A stretch of 64,000 nt of DNA from Blastocatellia bacterium (GTDB taxonomy: Bacteria > Acidobacteriota > Blastocatellia > HR10). A program made the translations under genes and the position numbers. The notes beneath the pieces are model-generated. The model was not told where the DNA came from, ran no database searches, and worked only from the letters and a program-made list of their open reading frames with translations. The DNA lies in NCBI GenBank assembly GCA_025055075.1, contig JANWYV010000009.1:21876-85875 (forward strand), read 5' to 3'. Shown here piece after piece: positions 17,123 to 24,868 of the stretch; the stretch's first letter is position 1, and every line of letters begins with the position of its first letter.

Positions 17123-19405
17123 TCACACGACGACGGCTTCCAAGGGATGCACCTGGATCTCGTTCTCCTTCACGTCCACGAGGAAGTGATCGGCCTCCTT
17201 CCACATCTGCGTGATCGGGAGCTTCACGTGTTCATCAATCGTGCGCTTGAGGAAGCGAGCCCCGAACTGAAGGCTGTACCCCATCTCGACGAGCCGATCC
17301 AAGGCGGCTTCGGTCACGGTCAGGCTCTTGTTGTACTTGGCCATCTGCGCGCGCGTCTTCTCCAGATACAGGCGCGCGATCTCGCGCACCTCCTCGCGCG
17401 TGAGCGGGGAGAAGACGATGATCTCGTCAATGCGATTGCGGAACTCGGGGGAGAAGTGATCTTCCGCCGCCTTGATGATTTCTCGCTTGATCTGCTCCAA
17501 TGTGTCCTTGTTCTGCGGAGCGAAGCCCAGCGGATTCAAGTACTTCTTGTACCGATCGCTCCCCAGGTTCGAGGTCATGATGACGATGGCGTCCGAGAGA
17601 TAGACCTTCTTCCCGCGCCCGTCGGTGATCCAGCCCTCGTCGAAAGCTTGGAGGAAGAGCTGCATGAGATAGATGGACGCTTTCTCGACTTCGTCAATGA
17701 GGAGGACCGTGAAGGGGTTGTCGCGCAGCGCTTCGGTGAGGATGCCGCCGCGCTCGCTCCCGACGATGCCGCGCGGCATGCCGATGAGCTTCTCGATACC
17801 GATGGTGCCGTCCTGATATTCCGAGCAATCAATGCGGATCATCTTGTTCTCGTCGCCGAACATGAATTCGGCGACGGCCTTCGCCAGTTCCGTCTTCCCG
17901 ACGCCCGTCGGACCGAGGAAGAGCAAGACGCCATCGGGACGATAGAAGTTCTCCTTGAGCGGGCCCTTATTCAGTCGAAGGCGACGGGCGACGGCGCGAA
18001 TGGCTTCTTTCTGGCCGACGACGCGACGGCTGAGGGCCTCCTCCATCTCCTTGAAACGCTCGGTCGTGTCGCGGAAGATCATGTCCTTGGGGATGCGGGA
18101 ATCTTGGGAGATGACCTCGATGACGTGCTCAGGACGAACGATCCGCTCCTCCGGCTGCTCGATCTCGACCTTGACGGCCGCCGTGTCCAACCAGCCGATG
18201 ACCTTATCCGGCAAGTGGAGCCCGCGCAGGTATCGCGGCGCCATCTCCAGGGCCGTCTCAATGGCTTCCTCGGAGATCGTCACCGAGTAGTTGCGTTCCA
18301 ATCGGGGCTTGATCCCTTTCAGGATCTGGCGCGTCTCTTCGAGCGTCGGTTCCTCGACTTTGACAACGCGGAAGCGGCGGGCGAGGGCTTCATCCTCGGC
18401 GATGTACTCCTTGTATTCGGTCATCGTCGTCGCCCCGATGATGCGGATCTCGCCTCGAGCGAGAGCACCTTTGAAGATATTGGCGGCGTCATTGGAGACG
18501 CCCAGCGCCGCACCCGCGCCAATGATCGTGTGCGCTTCGTCAATAAAGAGGATGATGTTCTCGCGCTCTTTGACCTCGTTGATGATGCCGTGCAAACGTT
18601 CCTCGAACATTCCCCGCAGCATCGTCCCGGCGACGACGCCCGACATCTGCAAGCCCACGATGTGGGCATTCCGCAAACGCGGGGGGACGCGTTCGGGGTG
18701 GAATTCGATGAGCTGCGCGAGCCCTTCGACAATAGCCGTCTTCCCAACGCCCGGATCTCCGACGAGCATGACGGAATTAGCGCGCTCGCGGTGGCAGAGG
18801 ATCTCCATCACCTGCCGCAGCTCCTTCTCTCGACCGATGAGCGGTGGCAGCTTATCCTCGCGAGCGAGCTTATTGAAGCTGACGCCGAAATGCTTCAGAT
18901 AGGGAGGCAATTCGTAGCGACGACGGAAGCGTTCTTCCCGCTCCTCGCGCGAGCGCACGCGCGTGATGATCTTTTGCAAGACGACGTCCGGGTCTGCGCC
19001 GAGCCGCCGCATCAGCTCCACGGGCACGCTATCGCGATCTTGGAAGAGAGCGACGAAGAGATCCGAGGAGTCAATCTCATTGCGCCCCATGGAGCGAGCG
19101 CGATCCAACGCCAACTTCAAGATCGTGCGACAGGAAGGATCCAGGCGTACGCCGCGCCCGGTGAACTGACGCGCGACCGACAATTGCTCGTTCAAGGCGC
19201 GGATGACGGCCTGCGGATCAATGTTGAGGCTTTGCATGACCTCGTTGAAGAGTGAACGCTCGACCTCGATGAGAGCTGCCAAGAGGTGCTCGGGCGCGAC
19301 GATATTGTGATCCCGGTGGCGAGATTCCTCGATGGCTCGCCCCATGACGCGGCGTCCGCTCTCGGAGAACTTGTCTTGGAATGGTCCCAGGTCAATCATA
19401 GCCAT
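17123..19405 (-). CDS. ATP-dependent Clp protease ATP-binding subunit (ClpA/ClpC family, two AAA+ modules)
   Basis: Clp_N repeat at the N-terminus. Walker A GDPGVGKT (D1) and GPTGVGKT (D2). PLGF loop sits at the position of the ClpP-docking IG(F/L) loop. 760 aa, with no long ClpB-type middle domain. Confidence 0.9.
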   Translation of the reverse strand: MAMIDLGPFQDKFSESGRRVMGRAIEESRHRDHNIVAPEHLLAALIEVERSLFNEVMQSLNIDPQAVIRALNEQLSVARQFTGRGVRLDPSCRTILKLALDRARSMGRNEIDSSDLFVALFQDRDSVPVELMRRLGADPDVVLQKIITRVRSREEREERFRRRYELPPYLKHFGVSFNKLAREDKLPPLIGREKELRQVMEILCHRERANSVMLVGDPGVGKTAIVEGLAQLIEFHPERVPPRLRNAHIVGLQMSGVVAGTMLRGMFEERLHGIINEVKERENIILFIDEAHTIIGAGAALGVSNDAANIFKGALARGEIRIIGATTMTEYKEYIAEDEALARRFRVVKVEEPTLEETRQILKGIKPRLERNYSVTISEEAIETALEMAPRYLRGLHLPDKVIGWLDTAAVKVEIEQPEERIVRPEHVIEVISQDSRIPKDMIFRDTTERFKEMEEALSRRVVGQKEAIRAVARRLRLNKGPLKENFYRPDGVLLFLGPTGVGKTELAKAVAEFMFGDENKMIRIDCSEYQDGTIGIEKLIGMPRGIVGSERGGILTEALRDNPFTVLLIDEVEKASIYLMQLFLQAFDEGWITDGRGKKVYLSDAIVIMTSNLGSDRYKKYLNPLGFAPQNKDTLEQIKREIIKAAEDHFSPEFRNRIDEIIVFSPLTREEVREIARLYLEKTRAQMAKYNKSLTVTEAALDRLVEMGYSLQFGARFLKRTIDEHVKLPITQMWKEADHFLVDVKENEIQVHPLEAVVV

Positions 19406-19416
19406 CGCAAGTGCGA

Positions 19417-19446
19417 ATTATACACAGCCGCTTCATCCCGACTCAA
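19417..19446 (-). promoter_or_regulatory. Candidate internal promoter for the clp gene (very short leader)
   Basis: Minus strand reads TTGAGT (19446-19441), an 18-bp spacer, then TATAAT (19422-19417). The -10 lies only 11 nt upstream of ATG 19405. The element overlaps the grpE stop. Confidence 0.4.
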
Positions 19447-20152
19447 GGCGAGGCCCTTCATTGGCCGCCGTCGCTTCGACGGCGACCTCCTTGCGCGCGC
19501 GTCCGACGCGCACGCGCGCCGGACGGATGAGCGTCGTCTCGCCCAGGCGATATCCGGGCTCTACGACGTCGAGGACGAGACCATCGTGCTCGGGCTCGAC
19601 CTCCACGACCTCAACGGCCTCGTGCAGCGACGGATCGAAGGGCTGGTTCTGAGGCGCGATGACCGTGATCCCACATTGTTGGAGACGGCGTTCGAACAAC
19701 GCGACAATAGCCCGCATGCCCTCCAAAAGGGCCTGGGCGTTCTCCGTTTGTTGAGCGGCGCGCACCGCTCGCTTCAACTCATCGAAGACATCGAGCACAG
19801 GACCGAGGATATGAGCGACGCGTTGCTCGACGCGCTCTTCCAACAGGCGCGTCTGTCGCTGGCGGAAGGCTTCGATCTCCTCCCGCATGCGCTCGCGCGC
19901 TTCCTGGAATGCCCGTTCGAGAGCTTGGGCACGTTCTTCGCTCAGGCGGAGCCGAGTCTGCAGCTCCTCCACATACGAGGGGTAACGAGGGACTTCTTCA
20001 GGGGGCGCCTCGGCCGGAGCTCCTTCTTCCAGCCAGCGCGTGAAGCGCCGCTTATCCACGACGCGGGGATGCGCGTCGTCCGGCGTAGACTCCTCGGCGG
20101 TCGGCTCCACGGGAGACTCCGTCGGCTCTTTGAACTCTTCTGGTCGCTTCAT
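19433..20152 (-). CDS. grpE: Nucleotide exchange factor GrpE
   Basis: Coiled-coil N-terminal half and a GrpE beta-domain (FDPSLHEAV...VEPGYRLGETTLIRPARVRV). RBS AGGAGGAG. Confidence 0.9.
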   Translation of the reverse strand: MKRPEEFKEPTESPVEPTAEESTPDDAHPRVVDKRRFTRWLEEGAPAEAPPEEVPRYPSYVEELQTRLRLSEERAQALERAFQEARERMREEIEAFRQRQTRLLEERVEQRVAHILGPVLDVFDELKRAVRAAQQTENAQALLEGMRAIVALFERRLQQCGITVIAPQNQPFDPSLHEAVEVVEVEPEHDGLVLDVVEPGYRLGETTLIRPARVRVGRARKEVAVEATAANEGPRLESG

Positions 20153-20194
20153 CGCGCTCCTCCTGACGTCACCTGAGAATTCCCTGCAGTGCGG

Positions 20195-21046
20195 TTACAT
20201 GCGCGCCGCATGCTCCAGCAAGCGGCGAATCCGCTCGCGAATGGGCGGATGCGTGCTGAAGAGCGACATCAGCGTCTCCCCAGCCAAGGGATTGACGATC
20301 ATCATGTGTGCCGTGGCGGGATTCGCTTCCAGCATTGGGACGCGCGCGACTCCGCGTTCCAGCTTCTCTAAGGCGCGTGCCAACCCGTAGGGATTTCCGG
20401 CGATCTCCGCGCCCGTGGCATCCGCTTGGAATTCCCGCGCGCGAGAGATAGCCATCTGAATCAAGAGCGCCGCCAGCGGCGCGAGGATGAAGAAGAGCAG
20501 GCCCGCCAGGCCCCGCAGCGGATTATCGCGCTCATCGCGCCCCATGCCGCCGAAGAACAATCCCAATCGCGCGAGCAGCATGATCGCGCCCGCGATCGTA
20601 GCCGCCACCGACTGGATGAGGATGTCGCGATTCTTCACGTGAGCCAGCTCGTGGGCGAGGACACCTTCCAACTCCTCTCGGTTCAAGATCTGGAGCAATC
20701 CTTCGGTGACGGCGACAGCCGCATGCTCCGGATTGCGCCCCGTGGCGAAGGCGTTCGGCGAGAAGCTGGGGATGATATAGAGCCGCGGCATCGGCAATCC
20801 CGCTCGCGCCGAAAGTCGGCGGACGATCTCGTACAACTCCGGCGCTTCCGCTTCGCTCACCGGACGCGCCCCATAGCTCATGAGCGCGATCTTGTCCGAG
20901 AAGTAGTAAGCGCCGAAGTTCATCAGCGCGGCGAAGAAGAAGGCCACGATCAACCCGTGCTGGCCTCCGATCAATTCGCCCGCCAGGAGAAAGAAGGCCG
21001 TAAGCAGCGTCAGCAGCAGAATCGTCCGAACGGTGTTTCCTGTCAT
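20195..21046 (-). CDS. htpX: Zinc metalloprotease HtpX (M48)
   Basis: [10 protein letters not shown] zinc motif, 4 TM segments, C-terminal [13 protein letters not shown] 21046 has a GGAGGTGA RBS. The track start 21067 is a GTG. Confidence 0.9.
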   Translation of the reverse strand: MTGNTVRTILLLTLLTAFFLLAGELIGGQHGLIVAFFFAALMNFGAYYFSDKIALMSYGARPVSEAEAPELYEIVRRLSARAGLPMPRLYIIPSFSPNAFATGRNPEHAAVAVTEGLLQILNREELEGVLAHELAHVKNRDILIQSVAATIAGAIMLLARLGLFFGGMGRDERDNPLRGLAGLLFFILAPLAALLIQMAISRAREFQADATGAEIAGNPYGLARALEKLERGVARVPMLEANPATAHMMIVNPLAGETLMSLFSTHPPIRERIRRLLEHAARM

Positions 21047-21084
21047 CGCCTCACCTCCACGTTCCACTGACTGTCCGGTACATA

Positions 21085-21113
21085 AGTATGGCCTCGCTGG
21101 GGCGAAAATTCAA
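21085..21113 (-). promoter_or_regulatory. Candidate promoter of the htpX-grpE-clp unit
   Basis: Minus strand reads TTGAAT (21113-21108), a 17-bp spacer, then CATACT (21090-21085). Confidence 0.4.
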
Positions 21114-21189
21114 CTCTCTCGCTTGACGGAATCCGGTCCGCTCGGCAAAATCAAAGCAGCACTGAAGATGCTGGTGTCCGAGGTGCACA

Positions 21190-21528
21190 ATGATGCGACG
21201 ACAGAAAGCGCAGGAGAGGCACGTTCCACTCATGACGGCGGTCATCGGAGTGCCGTTCTACACCCGGGAGGAGTTCCAGAAGCAGCAGCAATATGCTGAG
21301 GATCGGTTCAGCTACGAGAGCTACGACCATTGGATGCGCTCGCATCGCGAGCTCCGACGTAAGCTGGAGGCCCTGGGGATCATCGTGATCGAAGTTCCGA
21401 TCAACGTCGAGGAGATGCAGCAGTATTTCCTGCAGCACGGACTGCGGAACGATGCCGCGAATCGGAGCCAGTACGTTGCGCGAAAGCTCTTCGAGCAACG
21501 CGATCTCGTGTCGCCCGTTCTCCGATGA
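21190..21528 (+). CDS. Hypothetical small protein
   Basis: 112-aa ORF, with a possible start at MTAVIG (21232). The stop overlaps the start of the next gene by 4 bp (ATGA). No family recognised. Confidence 0.45.
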   Translation: MMRRQKAQERHVPLMTAVIGVPFYTREEFQKQQQYAEDRFSYESYDHWMRSHRELRRKLEALGIIVIEVPINVEEMQQYFLQHGLRNDAANRSQYVARKLFEQRDLVSPVLR

Positions 21529-22589
21529 TCTCTGACGCCGTGGGGAGAAGCATGTCGCCTGCCTTCGCTGTCGGAAAGCTCCCACCGAGCGTTCTTCAAC
21601 GAGTGCTCGCGCGAGTTCCTATTGAAGACGAGCGCGTGAGGATCGGACCGCGAGTCGGCGAAGACGCCGCGGCCATTGCCTTCGGCCAGACGTATCTCAT
21701 CGCGAAGACCGATCCGATCACGTTCGCTACCGACCACATCGGCTGGTACGCTGTGCACATCAATGCCAACGACGTCGCCGTCATGGGAGCGCGCCCGCGA
21801 TGGTTCCTGGCCGCGCTGCTGTTGCCGGAAGGGAAGACCGACGCGGCGTTTGTGGAGCAGATCTTCCAGGATATCGTGAGCGCATGTCAAGAGCTGGGGA
21901 TCACGCTCTGCGGGGGACACACGGAGATCACCTATGGCCTGGACCGTCCGGTGATCGTCGGCCACATGCTCGGCGAAGTGCCGCGAGAACGGCTCGTCGA
22001 AAAGCGGATGGAGCCTGGAGATCATATCCTCTTGACCAAGGGGATCGCCATCGAAGGGACAGCGATCTTGGCGCGAGAAAAAGCCGCAGAATTGGCGTCG
22101 GGCGGCGAGGCGCTTCTTGTGGAGCGTGCAATGCGCTTCCTCTTCGACCCGGGCATCAGCGTGGTGCGCGAAGCGCTACGCGCCGTCGAAGTCGCGCGCG
22201 TGCACGCCATGCACGATCCGACCGAGGGGGGCTTGATTGGTGGCCTGTGGGAATTGGCCGTTGCCGGAGACGTGGGGATGCACGTCTGGAAGGAACGCAT
22301 TTGCATCTGGCCGGAGACCGAAGCTCTCTGTCGTCGCTTCGGGCTGGATCCGCTTCGTCTCATCGCTTCGGGGGCGCTTCTGATCGTCGCCCCGCCGCAG
22401 GAGTGCGCGAAGATCATCGAAACGCTCCAACAAGAGCACATCGCAGTGGCTCAGATCGGCGAGGTGAGAGAGAAGGCCTATGGTCTCAAGCTGGAAGTAG
22501 AAGGAGCGCTCATCGAGCTAACTCCCCCCGAGCGGGATGAGATCGCGCGAGTCTTCGAAGTCGCCTCGCCAGAATCCTCGGGAGGGTAA
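21525..22589 (+). CDS. AIR-synthase-related (PurM/HypE/ThiL superfamily) protein lacking the HypE C-terminal Cys motif
   Basis: GEDAAAIAF...AKTDPITFATDHIGWYAVHINANDVAVMGARPRWFLAALLLPEG matches the PurM-like ATP-binding N-domain. The C-terminus ends ...ASPESSGG, not the HypE PRIC-type motif. Confidence 0.75.
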   Translation: MISDAVGRSMSPAFAVGKLPPSVLQRVLARVPIEDERVRIGPRVGEDAAAIAFGQTYLIAKTDPITFATDHIGWYAVHINANDVAVMGARPRWFLAALLLPEGKTDAAFVEQIFQDIVSACQELGITLCGGHTEITYGLDRPVIVGHMLGEVPRERLVEKRMEPGDHILLTKGIAIEGTAILAREKAAELASGGEALLVERAMRFLFDPGISVVREALRAVEVARVHAMHDPTEGGLIGGLWELAVAGDVGMHVWKERICIWPETEALCRRFGLDPLRLIASGALLIVAPPQECAKIIETLQQEHIAVAQIGEVREKAYGLKLEVEGALIELTPPERDEIARVFEVASPESSGG

Positions 22590-23498
22590 ATGCAGGGCGT
22601 TCATCATCGTCCGACCGCGAAGCGTCAGGCGTATCGGCTCATCTTACGGGACCGCGTGCTCGAGCTGGGCACGCGCACACTGCTCATGGGCATCCTCAAT
22701 GTGACGCCTGATTCGTTCTCCGATGGAGGGGAGTTCTTCTCGCTGGAGCGAGCGGTTGAACGCGCCCTGGAAATCGAAGCCGAGGGTGCTGACATCCTCG
22801 ACATTGGTGGAGAGTCCACGCGTCCGGGGGCGAAGCCCGTCCCCGTCGAGGAGGAGTATCGTCGCGTCCTCCCGGTTCTCGAACGTCTGCAGGGACGACT
22901 CCGCATCCCGATCTCCATAGATACGACCAAATACGAGGTCGCCCGCGCGGCTTTGGAAGCTGGCGCTGCGCTGATCAATGATGTGAGCGGTCTTCGCCGC
23001 GATGAACGATTGGCTGATTTAGCCGCTGAATTCGGTGCCGCCTTGGTCCTCATGCACTCGCGGGGGACGCCCGAGACCATGCAGCAGTTGCCCCCGAGTT
23101 CGGACATCCTGCGGGAGATCTCGGATTATTTCGCCTGGGCGCTCGCCCGCGCCCAGGCGCGAGGAGTGGCCGCCGAACAGATCCTACTCGATCCTGGACT
23201 TGGATTCGGCAAAACCATCGAGGACAATCTGCTCATCTTGAATCGGCTCGACACCTTCGCTCAGTTCGGGCGTCCGCTGCTTGTGGGTCCCTCGCGCAAG
23301 TCTTTCATCGGCCATCTCACGGGAAGAGCGCCGCGCGAACGCGCCTTCGGCACCGCGGCCGCTGTCGTTGCGGCGATCTTTCGAGGCGCGCACATTGTCC
23401 GTGTTCACGATGTGCGGGAAATGCGCGACGTCATCCGCGTCGCCGATGCCATCCTTCACTCTGAAGAGTCCTGGGCCTTGTCCGAGCCCGCTCGTTGA
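22590..23498 (+). CDS. folP: Dihydropteroate synthase
   Basis: Pterin-binding motifs (GILNVTPDSFSDGG, DIGGESTRPG, DPGLGFGK). The ATG immediately follows the upstream TAA. Confidence 0.9.
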   Translation: MQGVHHRPTAKRQAYRLILRDRVLELGTRTLLMGILNVTPDSFSDGGEFFSLERAVERALEIEAEGADILDIGGESTRPGAKPVPVEEEYRRVLPVLERLQGRLRIPISIDTTKYEVARAALEAGAALINDVSGLRRDERLADLAAEFGAALVLMHSRGTPETMQQLPPSSDILREISDYFAWALARAQARGVAAEQILLDPGLGFGKTIEDNLLILNRLDTFAQFGRPLLVGPSRKSFIGHLTGRAPRERAFGTAAAVVAAIFRGAHIVRVHDVREMRDVIRVADAILHSEESWALSEPAR

Positions 23499-23504
23499 GA
23501 ACTC

Positions 23505-24272
23505 CTATGAGGGAAGATGAGTACGGGCGGGTGCGTTTGGACGCCCGGTGGGTGGATTGGGAGGTAAAGGAGGATGGGGCATGTTAGGAGGTACCCGCCC
23601 GTACGATTCGCAGTTAGGGTGGAGCTTGACCAAAAGCGATGGGAGGCCGGCAAGGGAAAAGGTTGTGCTTGCCGTTCTATAGAAAGCCGCCGCTTGAAGA
23701 TCGTCCAACTCACCGGCCTTATCCCAATTCGTCCGATGGATCCTTCGGACTTCATCCATTTTCGCTGGGAGAGAAGGGCGGATGAAGGAAAGATGGCCCT
23801 GCCATTTATCAGCACGTGAGCCCGCACATCTTGGAACCGCCGCGTCCGCTTCTGCTCGGAAGGGGACATGCTGCAACCACTCGCGCTTTCGCCAGCGCAC
23901 GAACGCTCGCTCCCACACGTGCCACTTCACGCAGATATCCTCGCCGGAGGTCGTTACTTGAACGCCCACCCGATCAGGAGCGAAGAAAGCACCCACCACT
24001 TGGTCTCCCGCTCGATCCATCGCAATGGCAGGGCCAATCCTGGTAAGGAGGGTGGAGCACGATCCGAGAGAAGAGAGATGCCGCAGCTCAGCCTGCCTTC
24101 GGTTCGCTGGAACTGTCGCCCTCATCTTCATGAGCCGGACATCCGCATTCGCACGAGCCTCGACCTGAGCGTGAACCGTCGCTTCCGCTCGCCCACGCGC
24201 ATGTGCATCGAAAGCGTCCATCATGAGCCTCAGCTGCATCTTTCGCTCGAACCAATCAGAATGCGCATCCAT
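23505..24272 (-). CDS. Orphan hypothetical protein (Trp/Arg-rich core, Pro-rich tail); coding status uncertain
   Basis: Only one frame is open here. ATG 24272 has an AAGGGAG RBS. An alternative GTG at 24434 has a GGAGGT RBS. The track start 24548 is a TTG that coincides with a -35 box. Codon usage is less GC3-biased than in neighbouring genes. No family recognised. Confidence 0.35.
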   Translation of the reverse strand: MDAHSDWFERKMQLRLMMDAFDAHARGRAEATVHAQVEARANADVRLMKMRATVPANRRQAELRHLSSLGSCSTLLTRIGPAIAMDRAGDQVVGAFFAPDRVGVQVTTSGEDICVKWHVWERAFVRWRKREWLQHVPFRAEADAAVPRCAGSRADKWQGHLSFIRPSLPAKMDEVRRIHRTNWDKAGELDDLQAAAFYRTASTTFSLAGLPSLLVKLHPNCESYGRVPPNMPHPPLPPNPPTGRPNAPARTHLPS

Positions 24273-24519
24273 GCGATCGCTCCCTTGAACTCGCGCCCTC
24301 ACATTCGAATCAGACGGAGCTGCGGCAATTCCGCCAGGCTTCTCCGGAGGCGAGCCGCTCGTGAAGGCCCTGAGACTATTCTTGGGCCCCACTCCTTTTA
24401 TCCCGGTCTCTTCTCCGGCCCGAGCTAACGTCACCCTGCACCTCCGGAAAAAGCCGCTCGATCTGTTTCGCCTCTTGCTGCCCGCCGTCTCAAAGATCAC
24501 CTTGCTGACGGTCGCGCAT

Positions 24520-24548
24520 GTTATACCACGAGTCCCGCCAGAAGTCAA
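24520..24548 (-). promoter_or_regulatory. Near-consensus extended -10 promoter driving the orphan locus
   Basis: Minus strand reads TTGACT (24548-24543), a 17-bp spacer whose last three bases are TGG, then TATAAC (24525-24520). This gives the TGnTATAAC extended -10 form. Confidence 0.5.
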
Positions 24549-24868
24549 GAAAAAAGTTCAAGTGATTTCTCAACTCGGCCCAACTAACGCTCGGCGAATT
24601 AAGGACTAATATTGGCGGGGGGAAGGCCATCTCGACCCTAACTCATCTCTTTGCTTCAACTTAATTGAGCCCGAGGCCTATTCTGGACCGGCGTGGCCTT
24701 GCTATTTCGCCAACCGAAAAAATTTTCTAAGCTGGCTCCGAATATGGTCCTTCCGGTGAGCTGGGATGGTCATAAGGGCCTTTTCGAGGCGGGCCACTCG
24801 CAGCACGTTCACCTGCTAACATGGTGAATATCAAAAAGTTGCATGAGGCCGGGCGCGCGCTCTGCCGC

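Noticed and set aside
17111-19255. 714-aa plus-strand ORF, the longest uncharacterised ORF in the track
   Set aside because: It is the mirror frame of the ClpA/C-like gene. The minus strand carries unmistakable Walker A/B, sensor and Clp_N motifs. The plus-frame product is D/R/L/H/E-rich with no motifs. Long antisense ORFs of this kind are expected in GC-rich DNA.
21085-21113. sigma32-type heat-shock promoter upstream of htpX
   Set aside because: GTTGAAT and GCCATACT resemble CTTGAAA / CCCCATnT. But the spacing is about 16-17 nt, longer than the 13-15 nt typical of sigma32 promoters. It fits a sigma70-type TTGAAT-N17-CATACT equally well, so I report it only as a generic promoter.
23499-24868. 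Mobile element or prophage remnant in the AT-richer interval
   Set aside because: I recognised no integrase, transposase, terminal inverted repeats, flanking direct repeats or tRNA attachment site. The plus-strand 186-aa ORF (23868-24428) and the 137-aa minus ORF (23456-23869) look non-coding. Only the compositional shift remains, which I report as a finding instead.
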